From NCBI GenBank assembly GCA_041661425.1, contig JBAZUI010000001.1, forward strand, positions 8,507 to 72,506: a stretch of 64,000 bases of DNA, written 5' to 3'. This document shows, piece by piece, positions 26,138 through 35,892 of the stretch. The position numbers were made by a program, and so were the translations under genes. Position 1 is the stretch's first letter; each line of letters starts with the position of its first letter. This DNA comes from Patescibacteria group bacterium. GTDB lineage: Bacteria; Patescibacteriota; Patescibacteriia; UBA9934. The notes under the pieces were generated by a model that searched no databases, had not been told where the DNA came from, and worked only from the letters and a program-made list of their open reading frames with translations.

Positions 26138-27556
26138 ATGAAAACGGCAATTGAAATGCGAAAGGCAATCGCAAACGGCGAAATCACGGCGGAAGAATTG
26201 GTGAAGGCGAGTTTGGAAAAAATTCACGCGGAAGATGCAAAGATCGGCGCGTTTCTTGAAACATACGATGAAGAGGCACTCGAGCGCGCTCGAGCGATCG
26301 ATGCGCGACTTCGCGCCGGTGAAGAATGCGGGCGTTTAGCCGGCATCCCGGTGGCCATTAAAGATAATATGTGTCAAAAAGGACACAAGACAAGCGCCGG
26401 ATCGCATATCCTTATTGATTATGTGGCAACGTATGATTCCACATTGGTGCATCGGCTGGAAGCGGCGGGTGCGATTATTGTTGGGCGAACAAATATGGAT
26501 GAGTTTGCCATGGGCTCGAGCACCGAGACTTCCTATTTTCAAAAAACACGAAATCCCGTTGACACCACAAAAGTTCCCGGCGGTTCCTCGGGTGGGTCTG
26601 CCGCGGCCGTGTCAGCTGGCTTTGTTCCACTCGCGTTTGGATCCGATACAGGCGGGTCCATTCGCCAGCCGGCTTCACTGTGCGGCGTGGTTGGTTTGAA
26701 ACCGACGTATGGTCGGGTTTCTCGCTATGGATTGATCGCGCTTGGATCGAGTCTCGATCAAATCGGCCCGTTCGCTCTCACGGTTGAGGACGTTGCCTTG
26801 GCGCTTGAGGTGATTGAAGGAAAAGATGAATTTGACGCCACCTCACGTGAGGTTGCGGAAAAACATCCGCCCGAGCTTCTCAATCGAAATTTCTTGGGTG
26901 TGAAAATTGGTGTGCCAAAGCAAGCGTTTGTGATTGGGATGGATGAGGGGGTCAAGGCACGGGTCGAGGAAGCGATTGAGAAAATGAAAAACGCCGGAGC
27001 CACGATGGTCCATCTTGATTTGCCGCTCCTCGAGTATGCATTGCCGGTTTATTATATTTTACAGCCGGCCGAGGCAAGCTCGAACCTTGGGCGATTTGAC
27101 GGGATGCGTTATGGTACCCGAGCCGATGTCCCGGCTCTTTGGGACAGCTATCGCAAAACGCGTGGCAATGGTTTCGGTCGTGAAGTGAAGCGTCGCATCA
27201 TGCTTGGGAGTTATATTCTTTCGGCAGGATATTACGATGCGTATTATAAAAAAGCGCTTGCCGTACGAACCGCAATTGACGCATCGCTCACCGAGGCATT
27301 CAAGAGTGTTGATGTGATCGTTTTGCCGACTTCTCCAAATGTTGCGTGGACGCTTGGCGAGAAATTCGATGACCCGATTGCCATGTACTTGGCAGATATT
27401 TATACGGTGGCCGCAAATATCTGTGGAATCCCCGGTATTTCCGTTCCGTGCGGGGAATCAGAAGGACTTCCGGTTGGTTTGCAATTTTGGGCGCCGTCCA
27501 TGGAAGATGGGCGTTTGCTCGATGTGGCCGCAAGTTACGAAGCATTACAAATATGA
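26138..27556 (+). CDS. gatA: Asp-tRNA(Asn)/Glu-tRNA(Gln) amidotransferase subunit A
   Basis: Amidase signature GGSSGGSAAAV and the Ser-cisSer-Lys triad region. Confidence 0.95.
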   Translation: MKTAIEMRKAIANGEITAEELVKASLEKIHAEDAKIGAFLETYDEEALERARAIDARLRAGEECGRLAGIPVAIKDNMCQKGHKTSAGSHILIDYVATYDSTLVHRLEAAGAIIVGRTNMDEFAMGSSTETSYFQKTRNPVDTTKVPGGSSGGSAAAVSAGFVPLAFGSDTGGSIRQPASLCGVVGLKPTYGRVSRYGLIALGSSLDQIGPFALTVEDVALALEVIEGKDEFDATSREVAEKHPPELLNRNFLGVKIGVPKQAFVIGMDEGVKARVEEAIEKMKNAGATMVHLDLPLLEYALPVYYILQPAEASSNLGRFDGMRYGTRADVPALWDSYRKTRGNGFGREVKRRIMLGSYILSAGYYDAYYKKALAVRTAIDASLTEAFKSVDVIVLPTSPNVAWTLGEKFDDPIAMYLADIYTVAANICGIPGISVPCGESEGLPVGLQFWAPSMEDGRLLDVAASYEALQI

Positions 27557-28299
27557 TCCCATATTTTTCTTGGTCAGAATTTTCCATTTTTGGACTCACC
27601 ATTTACGTGTGGGGAATTTTGGTCTCTTTGGGATTTCTCGCCGGCATTTTTGCGAGTTACTTCTATGCAAAGAAAAAGGGCATTAATGCCACACTCATTC
27701 TTGAAAGTGGTTTTTGGATTATTCTCGCAGGAATTATTGGGGGAAGGCTTGGCCAGATATTGTATGAGCCTTCACTACTCATGCATCCTTTTGAGCTTGT
27801 GCAAATTTGGACGGGCGGGATGTCCTTTTTTGGCGGTTTGATTGGTGCCTCTGGCGCACTTCTTCTTTTTCTTTGGAAAAGACATACCCTCACCTGGGAG
27901 ACGATTGATGTTTTTGCGTTTGGACTTCCAGTCGGCGAGATGATTGGTCGGATCGGTTGTTTTTTGATTCATGATCATCCCGGGGGGGAAACGTCATTCT
28001 TTCTTGGGGTGCTTTATCCCGATGGAGTCGTCCGATTCGATCACGGACTTTTATTGGTGCTTTCCAGTGCAGTACTCGCTGTTATTTTTTTCATTTTTCG
28101 TAAAAAAATGTTTCGACCTGGCTCCATGTTCGCCTTTTGGGCCCTGTGGGAAGGCTGTGTACGATTCCTCCTCGACTTTGATAGAGTCCTTGATGTAAGA
28201 TACTGGGGCCTGACGCCGGGGCAGTATTTGGCAATGGCTCTCGCGATCCTGGGGATTCTCATTATTTTCAAAGATAAATTTATTAAAAAATATGAGTGA
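27554..28299 (+). CDS. lgt: prolipoprotein diacylglyceryl transferase
   Basis: Polytopic membrane protein with the Lgt signature (GGIIGGRLG...HPGGE). Confidence 0.85.
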
Positions 28300-29011
28300 A
28301 GAAATGCAGACGCAAAAAGCACCCGGATTTTTCGATGCCAATCCAAAAATGCTTTTTGTTTTCGGTCTTGTAAGCGGTGTGGCAGTGACTCTCCTCATGA
28401 ATTCAGTCGCGCTTCCGGCAAAGGGAGCGGACACGACGCCCGATGATCAAGTCGTTACCGATGATACGGGGACACAAGATACGCAAGCGATTCTTTCCGC
28501 GGTCACGGCCGAGGATCATATTTACGGGGATATCACCAAGGCAAAAGTTGTGCTCGTGGAATATTCGGATTTTGAGTGTCCGTATTGCCAACGTCATCAG
28601 GAGACGATTCAGACGATCCTCGATACGTATGGCGACGATATCGCGCTTGTCTATCGCCACTTCCCATTGACCTCGATTCATGATCAGGCGGTTCCCGCGG
28701 CTCTTGCTTCGGAATGTGCCGGAGCGCAGGGCAAATTCTTTGAATACATGAACCAACTCTATACAAATCAGGCAACTCTTGGTGATGAACTCTACACATC
28801 GCTTGCATCAGATATTGGATTGGATGTTTCGTCGTTTACCGCGTGTTATGAAGCGCAGACTTATGGCGCGGCCGTGGATGCGGATCTGCAAAGCGGACTC
28901 GATGCCGGAGTGGATGGGACACCCGCCACATTCGTGAACGGGACTCGCATGAGTGGCGCGCTTCCGTTCGACAGCTTCAAACAAGTGATTGATGCCGCTC
29001 TTGCCGAATAG
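28292..29011 (+). CDS. DsbA-family thiol:disulfide oxidoreductase (membrane-anchored)
   Basis: N-terminal TM helix and a thioredoxin fold with active site CPYC. Confidence 0.8.
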   Translation: MSEEMQTQKAPGFFDANPKMLFVFGLVSGVAVTLLMNSVALPAKGADTTPDDQVVTDDTGTQDTQAILSAVTAEDHIYGDITKAKVVLVEYSDFECPYCQRHQETIQTILDTYGDDIALVYRHFPLTSIHDQAVPAALASECAGAQGKFFEYMNQLYTNQATLGDELYTSLASDIGLDVSSFTACYEAQTYGAAVDADLQSGLDAGVDGTPATFVNGTRMSGALPFDSFKQVIDAALAE

Positions 29012-29018
29012 AAAGATA

Positions 29019-29055
29019 AAAAAGAGACCCGGAATATCTGGGTCTCTTTTAATTT
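29019..29055. terminator. bidirectional rho-independent terminator AAGAGACCCGG-AATAT-CTGGGTCTCTT + TTTTAATTTT
   Basis: 11-bp stem plus a T-run between convergent genes. Confidence 0.8.
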
Positions 29056-29058
29056 TCG

Positions 29059-30000
29059 TTATTCTTTCATGTCTTTTTGATGGAGCACGGCTTTTGCACT
29101 GACTTTCTGTCGAACACAACGTTCCAGGAAATCAACAATTTTTTTTGAAACATCAATTCCGGTTGCGAGACTAATGCCTTCGAGTCCGGGGTTGGAATTC
29201 ACTTCAATCACTTTTGGACCGTGCTTCGTGCGTAAAATATCAACACCTGCCAAATCGAGTCCAAGAATGCGAGTGGCTTTGATGGCCATCAAGCGTTCCT
29301 CTTTGGTAAGATCGGCAACGCTCACGGTTCCGCCTTTGTGAAAATTTGCACGAAACTCGCCTGATTTTGCCGTGCGTTCCATGGCGGCGATCACGCGCTT
29401 TCGTAAAACGAAAATTCGCAAATCTTTTCCTTTGGCTTCGTGGATGTATTCTTGCACCGTGACCGGTCCATGTTCTTTTGTGGTGAGATATTCAACAATC
29501 GGCTGAAGGGAACGCGCCGACTCCGCTAAAAAGACCCCGCGGCCATGGGTCCCGTGAACCGCTTTGATAATCACCGGAAATTTAAATTCCTCTGCCGCTG
29601 TTTGCAATAGGGCCAAATCCTCAACAACAACGGTTTTTGGAACCGGGACCTTGAAATGATCAAGCATCTGAAGCGTACGAATTTTATTTTTTGCTCGAAA
29701 GACGCCAATGTAGCCATTGAGAACAAAAAAACCCGCAAGTTGAAATTGTTTAATAATGGAAGAGTTAACACTCGGATCCTCGGTAAATCCCGGTCGCACC
29801 AAAATAACGTCAAGATCCTTTGGTTCAAGCACTTTCCCTTTGTAAGTCAGGGTTTTTCCATTTCCGAAAACAAGACCAATGTAGGGTCGATAAAGAACCG
29901 TGACTTCATGGCCACGGGCACGTGCTTCTGCGATGATTCGGCTCGTTCCAATGGCAATTTGCTTCTTGGCGCTGACGAATGTGAGAATTCCAATATGCAT
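29059..30000 (-). CDS. RimK-family ATP-grasp ligase
   Basis: ATP-grasp fold with RimK-like motifs (VIIKAVHGTHGRGVFL, IEVNSNPGLEG). Confidence 0.75.
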   Translation of the reverse strand: MHIGILTFVSAKKQIAIGTSRIIAEARARGHEVTVLYRPYIGLVFGNGKTLTYKGKVLEPKDLDVILVRPGFTEDPSVNSSIIKQFQLAGFFVLNGYIGVFRAKNKIRTLQMLDHFKVPVPKTVVVEDLALLQTAAEEFKFPVIIKAVHGTHGRGVFLAESARSLQPIVEYLTTKEHGPVTVQEYIHEAKGKDLRIFVLRKRVIAAMERTAKSGEFRANFHKGGTVSVADLTKEERLMAIKATRILGLDLAGVDILRTKHGPKVIEVNSNPGLEGISLATGIDVSKKIVDFLERCVRQKVSAKAVLHQKDMKE

Positions 30001-30020
30001 ACAATTAAAACGTTGGTATT

Positions 30021-31001
30021 CTATTGGGCTTTTGCTTCGAGGTCAAGGGAGGCTTGATACGCTCCTAGCATGCCATGAATTTCTTCTTTTGTCTTTGCCT
30101 CAACCAATTTCATGCGCCAGGATTTTGCCTCGGGAAGCCCTTTGAGATATTGGAGGAGATGTTTTCGAAAACTCGGGATGGCTCGTTCGCCGTATTGGGT
30201 GAGATGAAGATCGAGATGCGCTCGGATAACACGAAATCGTTCCTGCGTGTCCGCTGCGGTGATTGATTCTCCTCTCAACCGTGATTCGATTTCTTGAAAG
30301 ATCCACGGATTACCAAGCGCTCCACGACCAATCAACGCGCCGTCGCATCCGGTTTCTTCAATCGCCTTAAAAAAATCTTCAGCGCTTTGGATGTCGCCGT
30401 TATAGAGGATGGGAATTTTTGCGTTTGCCTTCACTTGTGCAATCACGTCACGTCGCGCAAGGCCAGCGTATCCTTGCGCCTGAGTACGGCCGTGAATCGA
30501 AATGAGATGAGCACCCGCCTCCTCGATAATTTTTGCAAAGGTGAGACACTCGTTTGGATCGCTCCAGCCAGTACGCATTTTAACAGATACGGGAACGGAT
30601 ACCGCCTTAACCACTGCTTGCACAATCGCCGCCGCGGTCTCGGGGTCTTTCATGAGTGCGGATCCATTAAAATTCGAAATGATTTTTCTGGCCGGGCATC
30701 CCATATTGATATCAATGCCATCGGGTTGTTTTTCTTCAACAATCCAATGAGCGGCTTCGGCCATAATCTTCGGATCAGATCCGAAAATTTGTTGAATGAT
30801 CGGGTGCTCGCTTTCGTGAATATCCGTCATCTCAACAGTCTTTTTATTCCCACGCATGATCGCTTCCGATGAGATCATTTCACGGAAAATAATCGGATGT
30901 GCCATGGTTTTCACGATGCGACAAAAGGGCGAATCCGTCATATCCGCCATGGGCGAAAGCGCCACAATCGGGTGCCTCATTTGATCCCAAGAAAAATTCA
31001 T
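30021..31001 (-). CDS. dus: tRNA-dihydrouridine synthase
   Basis: Dus TIM-barrel motifs (ALSPMADMTDSPFR, NMGCPARK, HGRTQ). Confidence 0.9.
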   Translation of the reverse strand: MNFSWDQMRHPIVALSPMADMTDSPFCRIVKTMAHPIIFREMISSEAIMRGNKKTVEMTDIHESEHPIIQQIFGSDPKIMAEAAHWIVEEKQPDGIDINMGCPARKIISNFNGSALMKDPETAAAIVQAVVKAVSVPVSVKMRTGWSDPNECLTFAKIIEEAGAHLISIHGRTQAQGYAGLARRDVIAQVKANAKIPILYNGDIQSAEDFFKAIEETGCDGALIGRGALGNPWIFQEIESRLRGESITAADTQERFRVIRAHLDLHLTQYGERAIPSFRKHLLQYLKGLPEAKSWRMKLVEAKTKEEIHGMLGAYQASLDLEAKAQ

Positions 31002-31039
31002 ATTGCGAAAACCGTGAAAAAACGATACGATAGGCTTCT

Positions 31040-31429
31040 ATGCGATTAACGTCAAATGTCTTCATGATCGGGTTTGCCGCATTGGTTCTTGGCGGCGTTG
31101 TTTTTGCCGCAACAATGGCAAGCGGTCCAAAAATCAAACTCGATGATTTTGCTCAATGTATTTCGGATTCCGGGGGAGTAATGTATGGCACCTGGTGGTG
31201 TTCCAATTGTCAAAATCAGAAAGATGATTTCGGATCTGCGTTTAAGTATATCAATTTTGTGGAATGTTCGTCGCCTGGCGGCAAGGATTTTGATCTGTGC
31301 ACGGATAAAAATATTACGGCCGTGCCGGTTTGGGAAACCGCGGAAGGCTATCGCGCGATTGGTCGACAGTCATTGACCACATTGTCGGAAATGTTTAGCT
31401 GTTCCTTGCCAGAAGGTTATGTTGAATAG
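31040..31429 (+). CDS. membrane-anchored thioredoxin-like protein (WCSNC active site)
   Basis: Signal/anchor helix, a CxxC motif in a Trx-like context, immediately upstream of the VKOR gene. Confidence 0.6.
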   Translation: MRLTSNVFMIGFAALVLGGVVFAATMASGPKIKLDDFAQCISDSGGVMYGTWWCSNCQNQKDDFGSAFKYINFVECSSPGGKDFDLCTDKNITAVPVWETAEGYRAIGRQSLTTLSEMFSCSLPEGYVE

Positions 31430-31859
31430 AAAGTGGTTGCTCATTATTTTGCTTGCGGCGAGTAGCGTTGGCATTGTCGCGGCTGGTTTTTCTACGGCTG
31501 CGCATTGGAATACAGGGCTTTATGGATTCTGCGAGCTTGGGGAATATTTTAATTGCAATGTCGTGAATACGAGCAAATATGCGGAAATCATGGGAGTGCC
31601 GGTTGCTTTATTTGGATTGCTTTCGTATACGGCTTTTTTTATTTACGGATTAATCTCGTTGAAAAAGCCATCATTGATTCTTTCGACATTCGCGGGCTCG
31701 CTCGCGATTGTGGGTCTTGGATTTAGTTTGTACTTATCGAGTGTTGAAGCATTTATTTTGCATACGTGGTGCGTTGTGTGTATTACGTCGCAAGTTGCCA
31801 TCATTCTTGTTGCGGCTTGCGTCTTTTGGATTCGATCAATTGATTCGAAAAACATGTAA
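31419..31859 (+). CDS. vitamin K epoxide reductase (VKOR) family protein
   Basis: Four or five TM helices, loop Cys pair (CELGEYFNC) and active-site CVVC. Confidence 0.75.
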   Translation: MLNRKWLLIILLAASSVGIVAAGFSTAAHWNTGLYGFCELGEYFNCNVVNTSKYAEIMGVPVALFGLLSYTAFFIYGLISLKKPSLILSTFAGSLAIVGLGFSLYLSSVEAFILHTWCVVCITSQVAIILVAACVFWIRSIDSKNM

Positions 31860-31879
31860 GAATTTTCGCAACTCGACCA

Positions 31880-31908
31880 TTGACAAATCGAGATTTTTGT
31901 TTTAGCGT
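31880..31908 (+). promoter_or_regulatory. sigma70-like promoter TTGACA-17-TAGCGT
   Basis: Canonical -35 and a TAnnnT -10, with RBS AAGGAG at 31927-31932. Confidence 0.4.
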
Positions 31909-31941
31909 GATTGATGCCTCAAGAGCAAGGAGCACCCCAAT

Positions 31942-32262
31942 ATGTCCGCTCTCTCCGTGCCGGACTTCATGGCGATCACGTGCCAGCTGGTCTCGGGTCT
32001 TTTCTCCTGTGCGGCCATTATCGCGCTCGCGGTGATGGCCTTCGCCTGGCACCGCACCCGTACGCGGTGTGCGAAGCTCGAACACGAGAACATGATTCTC
32101 GGCCATCTTCTCTACATGAATGAGAAGAAGCCTGGAATCTATAGAAAGATGATCATTCAGGTCTCTTTGCCTGAAGGTCAAAAAACCGTTCATCTGCACA
32201 GCGAGTACATGTCGTCGTCTTCTGTGGTCAGGTACTACGTGGACGACGTCGTCCCGAAGTGA
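31942..32262 (+). CDS. GC-rich hypothetical small membrane protein (106 aa)
   Basis: One TM helix (ITCQLVSGLFSCAAIIALAVMAFAW). G/C-ending codons contrast sharply with its neighbours. Confidence 0.5.
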   Translation: MSALSVPDFMAITCQLVSGLFSCAAIIALAVMAFAWHRTRTRCAKLEHENMILGHLLYMNEKKPGIYRKMIIQVSLPEGQKTVHLHSEYMSSSSVVRYYVDDVVPK

Positions 32263-32296
32263 AGACGATCTGCTCGCCATCGACTCCCGGAGGCCT

Positions 32297-32330
32297 CCCC
32301 AGCGCACACGGTGCTCTGGGGCTTTTGTTA
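32297..32330 (+). terminator. rho-independent terminator (CCCCAGCGCAC...GTGCTCTGGGG + CTTTTGTTATTTT)
   Basis: GC stem with one mismatch, followed by a T-run. Confidence 0.5.
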
Positions 32331-32897
32331 TTTTAAGACGGTTTTATAAAAAGAGGATCGCGAGGAATCCTCCGGATTGAAAATTATTTCCTTTTGTACG
32401 TAAGAGAGCGTATTGATTTTGATGGCCTGATTTGACAAAGCGATTTGCTGATCATCAAAAGTGACCATGGTCTCTCCATCAATCGCCGCAATCTCGAGTT
32501 CATTGAGCCAGCTATAATGCACCATGGACGTTGTACCCGATACGGTCGTGAGAATTTCGCGAGTCGCGATCATTAATTCGCCGTCCACGACCATTCGTCC
32601 TTGAAGAAGGTTGACGGTTTCTTGTCCTTCGCGGCCGTCGATGATTTCGAGTTCCGTATTTTCATCGAGCCAGATGTCCGCGGTTCCAAGAACAAGATGG
32701 AGAGGTGATGATTCGGTAAAAGTTGAAATATCATCCCCACGACAATACATTTTTTCATCGGCTTGCGCGCAGGCATGGGTCAGTAATCCTTCGCCTCCGG
32801 CAAATGTGGCGTTCAAACGATTCCCAACCAGCAAAATGCTCCCGATTGATGCAAGTAGAAGAATCAGCGCGCGATACTCGTATTCGTGGTTCGCCAT
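32328..32897 (-). CDS. hypothetical secreted protein
   Basis: Start at MANHEYEY; signal-peptide-like hydrophobic stretch, no recognisable family. Confidence 0.4.
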   Translation of the reverse strand: MANHEYEYRALILLLASIGSILLVGNRLNATFAGGEGLLTHACAQADEKMYCRGDDISTFTESSPLHLVLGTADIWLDENTELEIIDGREGQETVNLLQGRMVVDGELMIATREILTTVSGTTSMVHYSWLNELEIAAIDGETMVTFDDQQIALSNQAIKINTLSYVQKEIIFNPEDSSRSSFYKTVLK

Positions 32898-32898
32898 A

Positions 32899-33750
32899 TT
32901 ATTCCATGCGCTCAATCCAATGTGAATCCGTCTCAACGCGAAGATCCAAATAAACTTTTCGATCACTCACGGCTTCAAGTTCGTGTCGGGTTGATTGTCC
33001 AATTTCCTTAATTCCACGCCCGCCTTGGCCGACGATCATTCGTTCATACCGTTTTTCGCTGGTGAAAATAACGGCTTTGATGTAGACCGTGCCGTCCGGA
33101 CGTTCATCGATTTCTTCAACCTGGACCGAAACCGAGTAGGGGACTTCATCACGTAAACGCAAATAGAGTTTTTCGCGAATGAGCTCCGCAATTCGTTCTT
33201 CCATGGTGAGATTGGTGCATTCGCCTCCTGGATAGAGAAGTTCTCCTTCCGGGAGGTGGGCAAGGATCCAAGTGACAATCAAATTTGTATTAAAACCGGT
33301 CATGGCCGATACTTCAATCGTCTGATCAAAATTTTTTGAGAGATCGCGGTAGAAATCAAGAAAACGCTCTGCCTCCTTATCGTCGATTTTATTGATGACG
33401 AGCAGTGTTGGTTTTTTTGCTCCGCGGACAATCTGGAGCATCTTTTTTTCCTCATCGCCAATGTCGCGCGTTGGGTCCACCACGTAGACAACCACGTCAA
33501 GCTCCGCAAGAGCATTTTCGATATATTGCGTGAGCTTTTTCGTGAGCGGATCCTTCGCTTTTTGCATGAAGCCGGGAGTATCCACAAAAACAATCTGACC
33601 CTCGGGTTTGGTGACAATCCCTTGGATGGGTCGGCGCGTGGTTTGTGGCTTTGGTGTGGTAATGGCCACTTTTGTGCCCACGATTGTGTTGAGAAGCGTT
33701 GATTTTCCGACATTTGACCGCCCAACAATGGCGGCAAAACCTGATTTCAT
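32899..33750 (-). CDS. era: GTPase Era
   Basis: G1 GRSNVGKSTL, G3 DTPG, G4 NKID, plus a KH domain. Confidence 0.93.
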   Translation of the reverse strand: MKSGFAAIVGRSNVGKSTLLNTIVGTKVAITTPKPQTTRRPIQGIVTKPEGQIVFVDTPGFMQKAKDPLTKKLTQYIENALAELDVVVYVVDPTRDIGDEEKKMLQIVRGAKKPTLLVINKIDDKEAERFLDFYRDLSKNFDQTIEVSAMTGFNTNLIVTWILAHLPEGELLYPGGECTNLTMEERIAELIREKLYLRLRDEVPYSVSVQVEEIDERPDGTVYIKAVIFTSEKRYERMIVGQGGRGIKEIGQSTRHELEAVSDRKVYLDLRVETDSHWIERME

Positions 33751-33805
33751 ATGGTGATTATTACACTAAGATGGTAGCATAGGCTAAAATCAACCTTTCT
33801 GCAAT

Positions 33806-34279
33806 ATGCAAGAACGTGAAGTGAAAATTCTTGAGGTGAATGTTGCCGCAGTCAAAAAAGAGCTTGAACGCCTTGGGGCACAGTGCGTTTTTGATGGAGT
33901 CATGGATGTCGCAACCTATGATTTTCCCGATCGTCGGCTTGAAAAGGATGGATGCTCATTTCGGTTGCGGAGTCGTGGCGCGGGTGGGGAATTGACGCTT
34001 AAAAAAATCATTGAAAATAAACGCATCAAGATCGCGGAAGAAACCGAGGTCGCGATTTCTGATATCGATCAAATGAAAACGATTCTCCAAGCGCTCAAGC
34101 TACGTGAGATAAAACACTATCAAAAACATCGGGCATCCTATCAGCTCATGAATATCCATTTTGAATTTGATACGCTTCCGGGAATTCCGACGTTTTTGGA
34201 AATTGAAGGGTCAAGTGAAGAGGAGATATTTGTGTGGGTTCGAAAACTCGGTTTTAGCGAAGACGAGGCAAAACCCTAG
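33806..34279 (+). CDS. CYTH-domain protein (class IV adenylate cyclase / triphosphatase-like)
   Basis: N-terminal EVKILEV motif and length typical of CyaB/CYTH. Confidence 0.65.
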   Translation: MQEREVKILEVNVAAVKKELERLGAQCVFDGVMDVATYDFPDRRLEKDGCSFRLRSRGAGGELTLKKIIENKRIKIAEETEVAISDIDQMKTILQALKLREIKHYQKHRASYQLMNIHFEFDTLPGIPTFLEIEGSSEEEIFVWVRKLGFSEDEAKP

Positions 34280-34304
34280 GGCCGGAAAGAATTATTAGCG
34301 CATT

Positions 34305-34727
34305 ATGAACAATTCTGAACGTCGATTTCCAAAAGTTGGTGTGGCGTGCATCCTAATCAAAGACGGAAAAGTTCTTTTAGGGAAACGTCTTGGTGCGCAT
34401 GGTGCGGGAACCTGGTGTTTTCCCGGTGGGCACCTTGAATGGCATGAGGAGCTTGAGGATGCGGTACGCCGCGAAGTTCTCGAAGAGACGGGATTGATTC
34501 TTGATGATTTTTCGTTTGAAACGATAACAAATGACATCATGCAAGGCGAAGATCTTCATTATGTGACGATTTTTTATCGGGCGACGTGGAAGAATGGCGA
34601 CCCCTGCATTTGCGAACCGGAAAAGTGTTCTGCTTGGCAATGGTGTGATTGGGATCATCTCCCACAGCCCCTTTTTAGCCCGGTGCTTCGTTTATTGGAA
34701 ACAAAGTATCGTCCACCGAATTTATGA
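34305..34727 (+). CDS. NUDIX hydrolase
   Basis: Nudix box GGHLEWHEELEDAVRREVLEETG. Confidence 0.85.
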   Translation: MNNSERRFPKVGVACILIKDGKVLLGKRLGAHGAGTWCFPGGHLEWHEELEDAVRREVLEETGLILDDFSFETITNDIMQGEDLHYVTIFYRATWKNGDPCICEPEKCSAWQWCDWDHLPQPLFSPVLRLLETKYRPPNL

Positions 34728-35161
34728 TTATTATTGCGCATGACATTCGCAGTCTCTATAATGTTGGATCGATTTTTCGAAATGCGGCCGCGTTTGGAGT
34801 TGAGAAAGTGTATCTCACGGGTTATACAGCAGTGCCTCCACGAAAAGAAATTGCAAAGGTGGCGCTCGGGGGAGAACAATTGGTTGATTGGGAGGCTGGG
34901 GTCATTGAGGTGGTGATTGATGAACTACGCGGACGTGGCTATCAAATTTTCGGGCTCGAAACCGGTGAAAAAACCATCCCAATAGAACAGGCGCCGCGAG
35001 TGCCAATCGCTCTTGTCCTTGGAAATGAGGTGACCGGAATCCCAAAAGAAATTCAAGAAAAACTCGATGGACTTTTGGAAATTCCCATGGAGAAAAAGCG
35101 CTCCCTCAACGTCTCGGTGGCGAGTGGGGTCGCCATGTTCATTTTGCAGGAACGATCGTGA
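34724..35161 (+). CDS. SpoU/TrmH-family RNA 2'-O-methyltransferase
   Basis: SPOUT motifs (LVLGNEVTGIP, LEIPM) and size typical of TrmL/SpoU. Confidence 0.8.
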   Translation: MIIIAHDIRSLYNVGSIFRNAAAFGVEKVYLTGYTAVPPRKEIAKVALGGEQLVDWEAGVIEVVIDELRGRGYQIFGLETGEKTIPIEQAPRVPIALVLGNEVTGIPKEIQEKLDGLLEIPMEKKRSLNVSVASGVAMFILQERS

Positions 35162-35177
35162 TATACTTTGTTTATCT

Positions 35178-35891
35178 ATGTCAACCCTCTCTGTGGTGAT
35201 CCCGACGAAAAATGAAGAAGACTATCTTCCCCTTCTTCTTGCATCGATTAAAAAGCAGACATTTCAACCAAAAGAGGTGATTGTGGCTGACGCTCATTCT
35301 ACGGATCATACATCTGAGATTGCAAAAAAAGCAGGAGCACGAGTCGTGGAAGGTGGCATGCCAGGGCCTGGGCGCAATCGCGGAGCAAAAATCGCTACCG
35401 GCGACCTTCTTCTTTTTCTGGACGCTGACGTTGTCCTTCGGGACAATGAGATGCTCGAAAAAACCCTCAAAGAATTTGAGCGTCAGGGTCTTGATATCGG
35501 AACGCCGTTGATCCTTCCATTAAGTCAAAAAACGATCGATATTTTTTTTCACAAAATTTACAATCGGTATGTGCTTTTTTTGGGGAAGCATTGGCCACAT
35601 GCGCCTGGTTTTTTCATCTTGGTAAAGCGTTCAGTCCATGAACACATCCACGGATTTGATGAGCAAATTACATTAGCTGAAGATCACGATTATGCCATGC
35701 GTGCGGCGAAAATTGGGAAATTCGGCATCATGAAAAATATCTTCGTTCCCGTATCAGTCCGTCGATTCGATAAGGACGGTCGATTGACTATTGCGATGAA
35801 ATATTTTTTCGGTGAACTGCATCTTATTTTTCTTGGGCCCATCAAACATAATAAATTTAAATACGAGTTTGGCTACAAAAAGAAACCTTGA
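35178..35891 (+). CDS. family 2 glycosyltransferase
   Basis: VVIPTKNEE, DAHSTD and DAD motifs of GT-A/GT2. Confidence 0.8.
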   Translation: MSTLSVVIPTKNEEDYLPLLLASIKKQTFQPKEVIVADAHSTDHTSEIAKKAGARVVEGGMPGPGRNRGAKIATGDLLLFLDADVVLRDNEMLEKTLKEFERQGLDIGTPLILPLSQKTIDIFFHKIYNRYVLFLGKHWPHAPGFFILVKRSVHEHIHGFDEQITLAEDHDYAMRAAKIGKFGIMKNIFVPVSVRRFDKDGRLTIAMKYFFGELHLIFLGPIKHNKFKYEFGYKKKP

Positions 35892-35892
35892 T

